Shown: positions 26,846 through 37,454 of the stretch, in pieces | Position numbering within the stretch: the first letter of the stretch is position 1 | How the letters are laid out: the number at the start of each line of letters is the position of its first letter | DNA from: Prevotella sp. | GTDB taxonomy: Bacteria > Bacteroidota > Bacteroidia > Bacteroidales > Bacteroidaceae | Assembly (NCBI GenBank): GCA_017467535.1 | Contig: JAFUST010000104.1 | Location: 5,131-69,130, forward strand | Direction of reading: 5' to 3' | DNA length: 64,000 bases | Notes under the pieces: model-generated | Told to the model about the DNA's origin: nothing | What the model saw: the letters and a program-made list of their open reading frames with translations, nothing else | The model's database searches: none | Program-made: the position numbers and the translations under genes

Positions 26846-28507
26846 ATGGAAAAAATACCAAGTTTCAACGAACTCATCCAGAAAAGCATCATAGAGCACT
26901 GGGACAAAGACGCGCTGACCGACTACAAGGGACAGACGCTGCAATATCACGACGTCGCCAGAAAGATTGAGAAGGTGCACATCCTCTTCGAGAACTCCGG
27001 CATACAGAAAGGCGACAAGATTGCCCTCTGCGGACGCAACTCCAGCCAATGGGCCGTGGCCTTCATCGCCACGCTGACCTACGGAGCCATCGCCGTGCCC
27101 ATCCTGCACGAGTTCATGCCGGAGCAGATTCATAACATCGTGAACCACTCCGACGCCAAACTTCTCTTTGCCGGCGACCATGTGGCAGGCACCATCAACC
27201 CCGACGAGATGCCCCACCTGGAGGGCATCATCCGCAGTACTGACTACTCGCTCATCCTCTCTCGCTCGGAGAAACTGACCTATGCCCGCGAGAACCTGAA
27301 CGCCCTCTACGGACAGAAGTTCCCGAAGTATTTCCGACAGGAGCACATCAACTACTACATCGAGCAGAGCCCTGACGAACTGGCCCTGATCAACTATACC
27401 AGCGGCACCACAGGCTTCTCTAAGGGTGTGATGATTCCCTATCGCGCCCTCTGGTCGAACTACGACTTCGCCTGTAACGTGCTCGGAACCACCATCAAGG
27501 CCGGCGACAACATCATCTCCATCCTGCCTATGGCCCACATGTACGGCATGGCCTTCGAGTTCATCTTCGAGTTCCTGCACGGCTGTCATGTGTACTACCT
27601 GAACCGCACGCCGTCGCCGGCCATCATCGCCCAGGCCTTTGCCGAGGTGAAGCCGCGCATCATCATCGCCGTGCCCCTGGTCATCGAGAAGATTATCCGC
27701 AAGAAGGTGTTCCCCAAGATACAGAACAACCGCATGCGCCTGCTGCTGCAGATGCCCATCATATCAGCCAAGGTGCGCGAGATGATTTGCCAGGAGGTGG
27801 TGAAGGCCTTCGGCGGTCAGATCTACGAGGTCATCATCGGCGGCGCAGCCTTCAACCAGGAGGTGGAGCAGTTCCTGCATCGCATCTCGTTCCCCTATAC
27901 CGTCGGTTATGGCGCCACTGAGTGTGCTCCCATCATCTGCTATTCTGACTGGCGCAGTTTCGTACCGGGTTCGTGCGGACGTGCCGTCCTGCACATGCAG
28001 GTCAAGATCGACTCGCCCGATCCGGAGAACATCCCCGGCGAGATTCTCACCCGCGGTCTCAACGTGATGCTGGGCTACTACAAGAACGAGGAGGCTACCC
28101 GCGAGACCATCGACAAGGACGGCTGGTACCACACTGGCGATCTGGGCACGATGGACGGCGACGGCAACGTCTTCATCAACGGCCGCTCAAAGAACATGCT
28201 GCTGGGCCCCAACGGACAGAACATCTACCCCGAGGAGATTGAGGACAAACTGAACTCGATGACGATGGTCAACGAGAGCATCGTGGTGCAGCGCGACACC
28301 AAACTGGTGGCGCTCGTGCATCCCGACATCGACGAGGCCAAGACCCTCAACTTCACCGACGAAGACCTGGCCGGCATCATGGAGCAGAACCGCAACACGC
28401 TGAACCAGATGCTGCCCGCCTACGAGAAAATCAGCGAGGTGGAGATACACATGGACGAATTTGAGAAGACGCCAAAGAAGAGCATCAAGCGCTACCTATA
28501 TAAATAA
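26846..28507 (+). CDS. Long-chain fatty acid-CoA ligase (AMP-binding), paralog 2
   Basis: Same motifs; colinear tandem paralog. Confidence 0.92.
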   Translation: MEKIPSFNELIQKSIIEHWDKDALTDYKGQTLQYHDVARKIEKVHILFENSGIQKGDKIALCGRNSSQWAVAFIATLTYGAIAVPILHEFMPEQIHNIVNHSDAKLLFAGDHVAGTINPDEMPHLEGIIRSTDYSLILSRSEKLTYARENLNALYGQKFPKYFRQEHINYYIEQSPDELALINYTSGTTGFSKGVMIPYRALWSNYDFACNVLGTTIKAGDNIISILPMAHMYGMAFEFIFEFLHGCHVYYLNRTPSPAIIAQAFAEVKPRIIIAVPLVIEKIIRKKVFPKIQNNRMRLLLQMPIISAKVREMICQEVVKAFGGQIYEVIIGGAAFNQEVEQFLHRISFPYTVGYGATECAPIICYSDWRSFVPGSCGRAVLHMQVKIDSPDPENIPGEILTRGLNVMLGYYKNEEATRETIDKDGWYHTGDLGTMDGDGNVFINGRSKNMLLGPNGQNIYPEEIEDKLNSMTMVNESIVVQRDTKLVALVHPDIDEAKTLNFTDEDLAGIMEQNRNTLNQMLPAYEKISEVEIHMDEFEKTPKKSIKRYLYK

Positions 28508-28616
28508 AGTACGCGCGAGTTTCGCTGAAACAATAGGGCTGTTTGCTGAAAAGATTTGCCAGATTCACCAAGAATGGCGACCTTTGCAGCAAACAGTTTT
28601 ATATGTATATACGCTT

Positions 28617-29024
28617 ATGAAGAAGTTGCTAACATTAACCATTGCACTGGCAGGACTCACCACGGCAGGGGCCTACGACTACCCCTACCTCACCTTCCAG
28701 TCGGCCGACGGCTCTACGACGTCTGTTTCGGTGGAGTCGCTGACCATCACCATCAACGATGGCCAACTCGTCGTCCGCAACGCCGATGGCAGTCAGACTT
28801 TCACGGTGGCACAACTCAGCAAGATGTTCTTTTCCGAGACGGCAGAGGCCACCGGCATCAGCACCGCCAAGACGGACGGCACCTCCGAGGAGGTGGAGGT
28901 CTACACCGTCGGCGGCATCGCCATCGGCAAGTTTGCCAGCATGGCGCAAGCCAAACAGACCCTCAAGCCCGGCCTATACGTGGTCAGGAGCGGAAACAAA
29001 ACGACTAAAATCAACATCAGATGA
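28617..29024 (+). CDS. Small secreted protein with T9SS type A-like C-terminal domain
   Basis: Signal peptide; TGI...VYTVGG...LKPGLYVV...KTTKINIR. Confidence 0.75.
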   Translation: MKKLLTLTIALAGLTTAGAYDYPYLTFQSADGSTTSVSVESLTITINDGQLVVRNADGSQTFTVAQLSKMFFSETAEATGISTAKTDGTSEEVEVYTVGGIAIGKFASMAQAKQTLKPGLYVVRSGNKTTKINIR

Positions 29025-30895
29025 AAAGGATATACACTCTCATTGCAGCCCTTGTGCTGACGATAGCAGCACAGGCACAGACCATGAACGTGGTAGTGGG
29101 CGATGTCACCTATCAGTTCCCGGCCAATCAGACTGGCGACATGACCTACTCCGACGGGACATCGCTCACCATCATGGGCAAGACATTCAGCACCGGCGAC
29201 ATCAGCAAGATTTACATCGATGAGAACCTCGTGGCCAGCAACTGCGTCAGCATCGCCTACAACGGCACCTCGGCCACCGTCACCGTGGCCGGCAACGTGG
29301 CTCGCTACGTGACGCCAACCGTCAGCGGTGCCCATGTCACCATCATCCAGGACAGCAGTCTCGACGACACGACCGGCGAGATAGAGTACACGCTGTCGGG
29401 CACGTCGACCGACGGCGAGTTTGCCATGTCGGGCAGTTACAAGGCCACCGTCAACCTGAACGGCCTCACGCTGACCAACCCGAGCGGCGCAGCCCTCAAC
29501 ATCGTGAACGGCAAGCGCATCGCCATCAGCGTGAAGAGCGGCACGGTCAACACCCTGACCGACGGCAGCAACGGCGACCAGAAGGCCTGCCTCTACGTGA
29601 AAGGCCACACCGAGTTCAAGGGCAAGGGCACGCTCAATGTCTATGGCAACACGGCTCACGGCATCAAGAGCGGTGAGTACGTCTCCATCAAAAACTGCAC
29701 CATCAACGTGCTCAAGGCGGTGAAGGACGGCATCAACTGCAACGAGTATTTCCTCATGGAGAGCGGCACGCTGAAAGTCAGCGGCACTGGCGACGACGGC
29801 ATACAGGCCGATCTGGACGGCACCACCTCGACGGGCGAACTGACCAACCACGACGGTGAGGACAGCGGCAACGTCTACATCGTGGACGGCACCGTGACCG
29901 TGAGCGTCACCGCAACCGCCACCAAGGGCATCAAGGCTGCCGGCGACATGACCATCAGCGGTGGCACGGTCAACGTGACCACCAGCGGCAGCGGTACCTA
30001 CGACAGCACCGAGGCCGATGCCAAGGGCTGCGCCGGACTGAAGAGCGACGGCAACATGACCATCAGCGGCGGCACCATCACGCTGAAGAGCACCGGCAGC
30101 GGCGGCAAGTGCATCAAGGCCGACGGTAAACTGACCATCAGCAACGGCACCATCACGGCCACGTCCACCGGCTCCAACTATACGTACAGCAGCCGCTACT
30201 CGGCATCGGCCAAGGCCATCAAGTGCGACGGTGCGCTGCTCATCTCCGGCGGCAACATCACGGCCTCGGCTTCGGCCCATGAAGCCATCGAGAGCAAGAG
30301 CACCATCGACATCACAGGCGGCATCATCTATGCCACCAGCAAGGACGATGCCATCAACTCGGCCAGCACGTTCACCATCAGCGGGGGCTACGTGATGGGC
30401 TACTCCACTGGTAACGACGCACTGGACGCCAACGGCAACTTCTACATCAAGGGAGGCGTGGTCTATGCCATCGGTGCCTCGCAGCCCGAACTGGGCATCG
30501 ACGCCAACACTGAGGGCGGCTATAAACTCTACGTGTCTGGAGGCACCATCATCGCCATCGGCGGCCTGGAGTCAGGTGCCAGCCTCACCCAGTCGTGCTA
30601 CTCCACCTCTTCGTGGAACAGGAACACCAACTATGCGATGACCGTCGGCGGCCAGACGGTCTGCTTCAAAACGCCCTCCAGCGGCGGCACCACGCTCGTG
30701 GTCTCGGGCTCTTCGCAGCCCACGCTCAAGTCGGGCGTGACGGTCTCTGGCGGCACTCAGTACTTCGATGGCATGCTGACCCTGGGAGCCACGGCCAGCG
30801 GCGGCTCATCGGTGACGCTCTCCTCTTACAGCAGTGGCAACAGCGGTCCCGGCGGAGGTGGTCCCGGTGGTGGCGGAGGAGGCCACGGATGGTAA
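29021..30895 (+). CDS. DUF4353 / Cthe_2159-like beta-helix carbohydrate-binding protein
   Basis: LNGLTLTN, NTLTDG, DGI/DAI/DALDANG...I-x-GG repeats; signal peptide; Gly-rich tail. Confidence 0.85.
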   Translation: MKRIYTLIAALVLTIAAQAQTMNVVVGDVTYQFPANQTGDMTYSDGTSLTIMGKTFSTGDISKIYIDENLVASNCVSIAYNGTSATVTVAGNVARYVTPTVSGAHVTIIQDSSLDDTTGEIEYTLSGTSTDGEFAMSGSYKATVNLNGLTLTNPSGAALNIVNGKRIAISVKSGTVNTLTDGSNGDQKACLYVKGHTEFKGKGTLNVYGNTAHGIKSGEYVSIKNCTINVLKAVKDGINCNEYFLMESGTLKVSGTGDDGIQADLDGTTSTGELTNHDGEDSGNVYIVDGTVTVSVTATATKGIKAAGDMTISGGTVNVTTSGSGTYDSTEADAKGCAGLKSDGNMTISGGTITLKSTGSGGKCIKADGKLTISNGTITATSTGSNYTYSSRYSASAKAIKCDGALLISGGNITASASAHEAIESKSTIDITGGIIYATSKDDAINSASTFTISGGYVMGYSTGNDALDANGNFYIKGGVVYAIGASQPELGIDANTEGGYKLYVSGGTIIAIGGLESGASLTQSCYSTSSWNRNTNYAMTVGGQTVCFKTPSSGGTTLVVSGSSQPTLKSGVTVSGGTQYFDGMLTLGATASGGSSVTLSSYSSGNSGPGGGGPGGGGGGHGW

Positions 30896-30914
30896 ACCGG
30901 ACAAACAAAAAGCA

Positions 30915-30957
30915 AGAATCGCATAGGGGAACACGCCACTCCCTTATGCGATTCTTC
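30915..30957. terminator. Hairpin between convergent genes (probable terminator)
   Basis: aagaatcgcatagggga...tcccttatgcgattctt. Confidence 0.7.
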
Positions 30958-30978
30958 TTGTCATATACAAAAAACAGC

Positions 30979-31584
30979 CTACGAGTTCATCAGCACGGCC
31001 GTGCGGACGCGACTGAGCGTCTCGGGCGTCATCTGCAGGTAACTGGCTATATAGACCAGGGGCGCGCGAAGCACCAGTTGGGGCGAACTCTTCACCAACT
31101 TCTGATAGCGGTCGAGGGCACTCTCGAAGCGCAGCATGTCGGCCCGCTGCTGGCTGATGATGAGCGACTCCTCGAGAATCTTGCGGTAGAGCATCTGTAT
31201 GTTGACGCTCTTCATCGACACGGCCTCCAAATCGTGCATGGGTATGGCGTAGAGCACGGTGGGCTCCAGGGCCTGTATCATCTGCATGGAGGGTGTCTCG
31301 CGGAAGAGGCTCTCGATGCTCATGCAGATCATGTTTTCCGTAGCCATATACTCGGTCAGTTCCTTCTTGTTCTTGAAGTAGTACTGACGCACCAAGCCTT
31401 TCACAATCCAGAAGATGTGCTTGCACACGTCGCCCTCGTTGAGGATCTTCTCACCTTTGGCAAACTTCATGGGCACCAGAATGCTCTCCAGCATGTCCAG
31501 TTCCTCGTGGGTCATCGTACTGTATCGACGGGCCAGTTCACGGGCCACATCACGTGGGGTTAAACTCAGGTTGGTCGTTGTCAT
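30979..31584 (-). CDS. Crp/Fnr family transcriptional regulator
   Basis: cNMP-binding region (GDVCKHIFWIVKGLVRQYY) and IASYLQMTPETLSRVR HTH. Confidence 0.9.
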   Translation of the reverse strand: MTTTNLSLTPRDVARELARRYSTMTHEELDMLESILVPMKFAKGEKILNEGDVCKHIFWIVKGLVRQYYFKNKKELTEYMATENMICMSIESLFRETPSMQMIQALEPTVLYAIPMHDLEAVSMKSVNIQMLYRKILEESLIISQQRADMLRFESALDRYQKLVKSSPQLVLRAPLVYIASYLQMTPETLSRVRTAVLMNS

Positions 31585-31666
31585 TGTTCGTTTGTTTTGA
31601 ATATTGGTTTGTTAGGCTTAGTAGATTCTGTTTTCTGAATGTCTTAGGAGAGAGGGAGAGAAGGAA

Positions 31667-33448
31667 TCAGTCGAGTTTCAGGACGGCCAGGAAGGCCTTC
31701 TGCGGCACCTCCACGTTGCCTATCTGTTTCATGCGCTTCTTGCCGCGCTTCTGCTTCTCCAGCAGTTTGCGCTTTCTGCTGACGTCGCCGCCATAGCACT
31801 TGGCCAGCACATCCTTTCTGACCTGCTTCACGGTCTCGCGGGCAATGATCTTCGCACCGATGGCGGCCTGGATGGCGATGTCGAACTGCTGGCGCGGGAT
31901 GAGTTCCTTCAGTTTCTCGCACATACGGCGTCCGAAGGTGACGGCGTTGTCCTGATGGGTCAGGGTGGACAGGGCATCCACGGGTTCGCCGTTGAGCAGG
32001 ATGTCCAGTTTGACCAGTTTCGAGGGACGGAACGAGTCGATATGGTAGTCGAACGAAGCGTAGCCCTTCGAGATGCTCTTCAGTTTGTCGTAGAAGTCAA
32101 TCACTATCTCGCCCAGGGGCAGCATGAAGCGCAGTTCCACGCGGTTGCCGCTGACGTACTGCTGGTCGATCAGTTCGCCGCGCTTGTCGAGGCAGAGGGT
32201 CATGATGGGGCCGATGAAGTCGGCGGCGGTGATGATGGATGCGCGTATGTAGGGCTCCTCGATATGGTCTATCAGCGTCTGGTCGGGCAGCCCCGAGGGA
32301 TTGTGCACCTCCTTCACTTCGCCCTGCTTGGTATAGCACATATACGACACGTTGGGCACGGTGGTGATGACGTCCATATCGAACTCGCGGTCCAGCCGCT
32401 CCTGCACGATCTCCATGTGCAGCAGGCCGAGGAAGCCACAGCGGAAACCGAAGCCCAGGGCCACGGAGGACTCGGGCTGGAAGGTCAGCGAGGCGTCGTT
32501 CAGTTGGAGTTTCTCCAGCGAGGCACGCAGGTTCTCGTAGTCCGTCGGATCGATGGGATAGACGCCGGCAAAGACCATGGGTTTCACCTCCTGGAATCCC
32601 TCGATGGCCGCGTCGCAGGGGCGGGCCACGTGGGTGATGGTGTCGCCCACCTTGACCTCCTTCGAGTTCTTGATGCCGCTGATGATATAGCCCACGTCGC
32701 CCGTACGCAGTTCCCGACGGGGTATCATGTCCATCTTCAGCACGCCCACCTCGTCGGCATCATACTCCATGCCCGTGTTGAAGAACTTCACCTTGTCGCC
32801 CTTGCGGATGACGCCGTTGACGATCTTGAAGTAGGCGATGATGCCTCGGAACGAGTTGAACACGGAGTCGAAGATCAGGGCCTGCAGGGGAGCCTGCTCG
32901 TCGCCCACGGGATGGGGTATGCGGTCCACGACGGCATTCAGTATCTCCTCCACGCCCTCGCCGGTCTTGCCGCTGGCCCGGATGATGTCCTGCGGGTCAC
33001 AGCCGATGAGGTCTACTATCTCGTCCTCCACCTCGTCGGGCATGGCGCTGGGCGTGTCGATCTTGTTGATCACGGGTATGATCTCCAGGTTGTTGTCGAT
33101 GGCCATATAGAGGTTGGAGATGGTCTGCGCCTGCACGCCTTGCGTGGCGTCGACCACGAGCAGGGCGCCTTCGCAAGCAGCAATAGAACGGCTCACCTCA
33201 TAAGAGAAATCGACATGTCCCGGCGTGTCGATGAGGTTCAGGATATACTTCTGTCCGTCGCGCTCATACTCCATCTGTATGGCGTGGCTCTTGATGGTGA
33301 TACCGCGCTCGCGCTCCAGATCCATGTCGTCGAGCATCTGTCCCTCAGTCACTTGTATGGTTTTGGTGTATTCAAGCAGCCGGTCGGCAAGTGTCGACTT
33401 GCCGTGGTCTATATGTGCGATGATGCAGAAATTCCTGATATTCTTCAT
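31667..33448 (-). CDS. lepA: Translation elongation factor 4
   Basis: [51 protein letters not shown]. Confidence 0.98.
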   Translation of the reverse strand: MKNIRNFCIIAHIDHGKSTLADRLLEYTKTIQVTEGQMLDDMDLERERGITIKSHAIQMEYERDGQKYILNLIDTPGHVDFSYEVSRSIAACEGALLVVDATQGVQAQTISNLYMAIDNNLEIIPVINKIDTPSAMPDEVEDEIVDLIGCDPQDIIRASGKTGEGVEEILNAVVDRIPHPVGDEQAPLQALIFDSVFNSFRGIIAYFKIVNGVIRKGDKVKFFNTGMEYDADEVGVLKMDMIPRRELRTGDVGYIISGIKNSKEVKVGDTITHVARPCDAAIEGFQEVKPMVFAGVYPIDPTDYENLRASLEKLQLNDASLTFQPESSVALGFGFRCGFLGLLHMEIVQERLDREFDMDVITTVPNVSYMCYTKQGEVKEVHNPSGLPDQTLIDHIEEPYIRASIITAADFIGPIMTLCLDKRGELIDQQYVSGNRVELRFMLPLGEIVIDFYDKLKSISKGYASFDYHIDSFRPSKLVKLDILLNGEPVDALSTLTHQDNAVTFGRRMCEKLKELIPRQQFDIAIQAAIGAKIIARETVKQVRKDVLAKCYGGDVSRKRKLLEKQKRGKKRMKQIGNVEVPQKAFLAVLKLD

Positions 33449-33472
33449 TGACGTGTTATTGCCTTTGGCCTG

Positions 33473-33529
33473 CAAAGATACAAAAAAAAAAGGAAACACT
33501 CGCTATTTTATGTTTTTTTTGTATCTTTG
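33473..33529. promoter_or_regulatory. lepA -7 element (minus) within a perfect 17-bp inverted repeat
   Basis: CAAAGATACAAAAAAAA 33473-33489 and TTTTTTTTGTATCTTTG 33513-33529. Confidence 0.6.
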
Positions 33530-33588
33530 ACAATAATATTGCCGAAGATACCGGCAAGGCGTCGCTTCTCCTTCCGTAACTATACAGC

Positions 33589-36500
33589 CTACGGCTGCCC
33601 GTTCTTGTAGATGAGCACATGGCCGTCGGGCGTGATGCCTTCTGCCGAAATGCTCACACGGCGGGTGGTGGCCCCATTGTAGAACTCCACCGTAGCGTGG
33701 CCGTTGGCGTCGGTCTTCACGTAGGGATTCCAGTAGAGTGTGCGGCGGGTATCGGCAATGGGGGGCAATTCGGTGTAGCCTGGCGGATTGTAGGCATCAA
33801 CGCTGTAGCCGTCAAAATATGTGTTGCGCACGCCCTTCTCTGCCTTCGACGGAGTGGCATCGCTATAGACATAGATGGTCACAGGGTGGCGATTCTCGAG
33901 GGCTCCCCACCTGACATACTGCTTCCACACGCTGTCATCCTCGGAGATAAAGACCGATTTGATGTAGGCCAGGTCGTCTGGCATATCCATCAAACTAATT
34001 TGGTCAGTAAGCCAGTAAACACTTGATTCGGTGTCTCGGCTTGAAGAAAGCATGGTGACAGCGTAGAAGTCGTTGTTGAGCACCCACACAACAGGCCTGT
34101 GCTTATAGGACCAACCACCCTGGGTAAACCACGTGAAATGAGGTTGCTTCGTATAGTCTCCGTAAGGAATATTCTTGATGTCCTGAATTTTCATATCAGG
34201 CACGGTGTCCTCCAGAAAAATATTGTAGTTGTCGCCACTGAAGAACTCATTGCGCTCCTGCAGCCACTCGAAGAAGTTGGGGATCTTACGGCTGCCGTCG
34301 GCATATTTCTCAAGTTCCTCCTGCATGTCGTAACGCAGGTTGGCAGTGCGGGCACCGATGGTCTCGTCTTCCCAGAAATTGCGGAGGTCACGTCCCTTGA
34401 CCTCCACCTCCTGCAACAGGTGATTGCGTAACTCAATGGGCAGGAGTTCATCGAAGTTGTCGGCAGCAGCCACACCGAGGGCTGGTTGCCCGATGGCTCT
34501 GTACTGCTGCTCTGCGGGATAGAGGAGGCGTGGCTGCAATTGAGGCTGGCGTTCGATATTGAAGAAAAAGTCGCGAGGCTTGCCGCCGACGGTAGCCTTA
34601 AGTCGTGTGCGCCACGACCCCACACAATCGGGCATTCTAAACACGAAGTGCCCAGTACTGTCTGTCACCGTCTGGCCGCTCAGGACATCACCCAACGAGT
34701 TGTAGAGTATTGCCCTGAGGTCGACACTGTCAACACGTGTTTTTTGTCGCCAGTAGCCGCGTAATTGTCCGAAAAGATAGAGACCGTCTTCTATGGGCTG
34801 CTGCTTGTCGAGAGTTTTGGCGGTCATCATGGTCTGGGGATGATAGCGGTGCCAGCCCTGCACCATCATCAGCAGGTCGACGGCCTGTCGGTGCTTGCGG
34901 TCGTCAGCCTCAAGGTAGTACTCCGGATGGGCAATATACCCGCGCAATTCCGATGACAGCAGCAACCAAGTATCGGCCTGCTCTAAGGGGCCGTTCTTGT
35001 CGGTGTCGTAATCGCGAATGGCCATTGAGAAGATGCTTTTAGGACGCGTAGTGGCTACGAGGCTGGTTTTCTGGCTGGGGCGCAGTTGCTGTCCGGCGGC
35101 ACTAAACTGGATGCTGTCGATGCGCTGCTTCGGATAGACAAAGAAGAGACGGCTGGCTACCACCGTGCCATCGTTATCGAAGAGCACCATGTGGTTGACA
35201 CCGTCGTCCATGTCGGCCCGGTCGAATGCTATCGCATCCTGTAATCCGGTGATGGGCACTGGCGTGAAGTGGGTGACATTACCACGACCCATGACGGCCA
35301 ATCCAAACGACTTGCCATAGAGATTTGGGGTGGCTGATACCTTGACGCGTATCACATTATCGGTCAGGGTGTTAACTGTAAGCACCGCTCCAGACGATAC
35401 TGCCTTTGGCAGTACGAAACTGTACTCACGGCCGTCGCCACGGCTCACCGCCAAGGTGGCGGGCTCGAACGTTGGGGTCAAAGAGAAGCGTCCCCGGCCC
35501 TCGTACAGCGTCTTGACGGTGTCAATAGGCTGCCCATTCTGCAGCAAGCGTGCCGTGACATCGACCGCCCTACCCTGCTCGTCGGTAACCTCGAAGGCCA
35601 CACGGCAAGGAACCTGCTCTACCAACTGTCCTCCCTCGGGATAGAGGCCCACCTTCAAGCCACCCTTGGCGGAAGGCTGTTTCTCTACCTGTTCACGGTA
35701 GTTGGGTAACCGGCGGCGGTAGTCGGTCTTGTCGATAACGGCCTTAGCGTAGTCGCCATCGCGGGCGGGTTTCTTGAATATTGGTATCACACGTGAAAAG
35801 GCTGTCGCCCCGTCCCAGTTGGTCATGTAGCGCGTGTAAGCCCTCACCTCGTAGAACCCGCTCTGAATGAGTTTCTCAAGTTGAAACGAACTGGCGGCCT
35901 CTCCGTTGACAATAGGGAGTTTCAGCGTCTGAACGACCTCGCCATCGGGTGACACCAGATCGACATAGAGCACACGGCTCAAGGTTGTTTTCTTCTGGTT
36001 GTCGGCACGCATGACATAGGCCTTGAACCAGATGGTCTCTCCCATGAAATAGGCGGTATTGTCCATGTGAACATAGACCTTCTCCTGCGGAAACTTGGCA
36101 TTGAACTGGTCGATTCTGTCAGCCCATCGCACGAGATTATTTTTGGTGGCGGTCTGCCCCTGGTCAAGTTCGCTTTCTATCTGCGTGCGCTTTACCGTTT
36201 CGTGTTGGTCCCAGAACTGGCGGTTGAAAGTGACCTTGTCAATTTGTGTGCGCAGGTCGACGATGCTGCCCAGCGACCGCGTGCCCTCGATGGGCTGCTG
36301 GCCGACATTGAAGAGTAGCGCATGGAACTGGTAGTCGTGGGCTTCATGCCAGATGGTAAGATGTGTCGCGTAACTCACGTCGAATACCGCTGACTGTACT
36401 TCGCAGAAACCACGAGTCGATGTGTAATGTATGGTGAAGAGATTATTGGACACTATGCGCTGCACGTGGCGGCTTAACATATCGAAAGTGATCTCGAGGT

Positions 36501-37308
36501 TCTTCACCGAACCTACAGCCTTGCGTAGCATGAGCGTCTCAATGTCGACAAAAAGGGTACAGGAAACGATGGGCCGTCTGATGTTGGCCTTTGGCTTGAA
36601 ACTCAACAGGTAGCAATCGCCTTCGATGTCGATTTTCACGTCGTAGTAGTCGGCATAATTCTCGTGGAGGGGCAACAGCCGTGCCCAGGACGGCCCGTAG
36701 TCGCCACTCTCGGGCAACATACCCAACTGCGAGAGGTAGAAGAAGTTACCGGGATAGGAGCCTGAGCCTTTAACCGACGTGTAGCGGCCTGTAAGCAAAT
36801 CCATGTCGCGCAGCATCATGGCCGACTTAGCCGTAAAAAACGCCTCCGTGAGGCTACAGGGGGCATCATCGACGGCCAGCGTCTGGCGGTAGAAGAAGTT
36901 GGCCCACTCCTTCTTGTGCTCTTTCAATTGTCGGCGAGCAGCCTTGATGATACGCTCAAGGCGTTCCCCTTCGGGCATGACCACCACCTCATTCAAGGTT
37001 CTACCTACGGGCTTAAGTTTCACGGTGGGGCCTATGTCAGCAGCCTTGACCTGGGTTTTGCGGTAGCCCACATACGAAATGGTGAGCACGGCATCGGGCA
37101 AGCACTCGATTTTGAACGCGCCGTTCTCATTGCAAATGGTGCCCCCACCCTGACTGTTATGCACGGTGGCATAGGGCAACGTCTGGCGGGTATCTGCATC
37201 AATGACGGTGCCTTCGAGGGTGATTGTCTGTGACTGAACTATGATAGTCATCAAACAGGCAGAAAGAAGAGAAACAAGGCGTTGTGCAAATGGGTTAAAC
37301 ATCGTCAT
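33589..37308 (-). CDS. Large exported protein: carboxypeptidase-regulatory-like domain, MG2/macroglobulin-like region and DTRRTLYWNP C-terminal domain
   Basis: GTVIDADT...LPYATV...SYVGY...LNEVVV; PQEKVYVHMD...GETIWFKAYV; YPEGGQLV; LLLSSELRG; RRTLYWNP. Confidence 0.75.
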   Translation of the reverse strand: MTMFNPFAQRLVSLLSACLMTIIVQSQTITLEGTVIDADTRQTLPYATVHNSQGGGTICNENGAFKIECLPDAVLTISYVGYRKTQVKAADIGPTVKLKPVGRTLNEVVVMPEGERLERIIKAARRQLKEHKKEWANFFYRQTLAVDDAPCSLTEAFFTAKSAMMLRDMDLLTGRYTSVKGSGSYPGNFFYLSQLGMLPESGDYGPSWARLLPLHENYADYYDVKIDIEGDCYLLSFKPKANIRRPIVSCTLFVDIETLMLRKAVGSVKNLEITFDMLSRHVQRIVSNNLFTIHYTSTRGFCEVQSAVFDVSYATHLTIWHEAHDYQFHALLFNVGQQPIEGTRSLGSIVDLRTQIDKVTFNRQFWDQHETVKRTQIESELDQGQTATKNNLVRWADRIDQFNAKFPQEKVYVHMDNTAYFMGETIWFKAYVMRADNQKKTTLSRVLYVDLVSPDGEVVQTLKLPIVNGEAASSFQLEKLIQSGFYEVRAYTRYMTNWDGATAFSRVIPIFKKPARDGDYAKAVIDKTDYRRRLPNYREQVEKQPSAKGGLKVGLYPEGGQLVEQVPCRVAFEVTDEQGRAVDVTARLLQNGQPIDTVKTLYEGRGRFSLTPTFEPATLAVSRGDGREYSFVLPKAVSSGAVLTVNTLTDNVIRVKVSATPNLYGKSFGLAVMGRGNVTHFTPVPITGLQDAIAFDRADMDDGVNHMVLFDNDGTVVASRLFFVYPKQRIDSIQFSAAGQQLRPSQKTSLVATTRPKSIFSMAIRDYDTDKNGPLEQADTWLLLSSELRGYIAHPEYYLEADDRKHRQAVDLLMMVQGWHRYHPQTMMTAKTLDKQQPIEDGLYLFGQLRGYWRQKTRVDSVDLRAILYNSLGDVLSGQTVTDSTGHFVFRMPDCVGSWRTRLKATVGGKPRDFFFNIERQPQLQPRLLYPAEQQYRAIGQPALGVAAADNFDELLPIELRNHLLQEVEVKGRDLRNFWEDETIGARTANLRYDMQEELEKYADGSRKIPNFFEWLQERNEFFSGDNYNIFLEDTVPDMKIQDIKNIPYGDYTKQPHFTWFTQGGWSYKHRPVVWVLNNDFYAVTMLSSSRDTESSVYWLTDQISLMDMPDDLAYIKSVFISEDDSVWKQYVRWGALENRHPVTIYVYSDATPSKAEKGVRNTYFDGYSVDAYNPPGYTELPPIADTRRTLYWNPYVKTDANGHATVEFYNGATTRRVSISAEGITPDGHVLIYKNGQP

Positions 37309-37322
37309 CGCTTTTTTTTATG

Positions 37323-37423
37323 CAAAGATAGGCTTTTTCCCCTAATGGCACAAAGAAATTCAAGAAAAAGATGCTGTAGCAACCTAAAAGATTTTGCACT
37401 TTTACCGTTTTTTCGTACCTTTG
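37323..37423. promoter_or_regulatory. Divergent promoters (TATCTTTG minus 37323-37330; TACCTTTG plus 37416-37423)
   Basis: TAnnTTTG matches toward each divergent gene. Confidence 0.65.
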
Positions 37424-37454
37424 CCAACGAATAAGAACTATACATTATTTAATT

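Noticed and set aside
25181-28507. Tandem acyl-CoA ligases as a recent duplication, DGR or gene-conversion cassette
   Set aside because: Diverged along their whole length, both intact, no adenine-specific pattern noticed and no reverse transcriptase present
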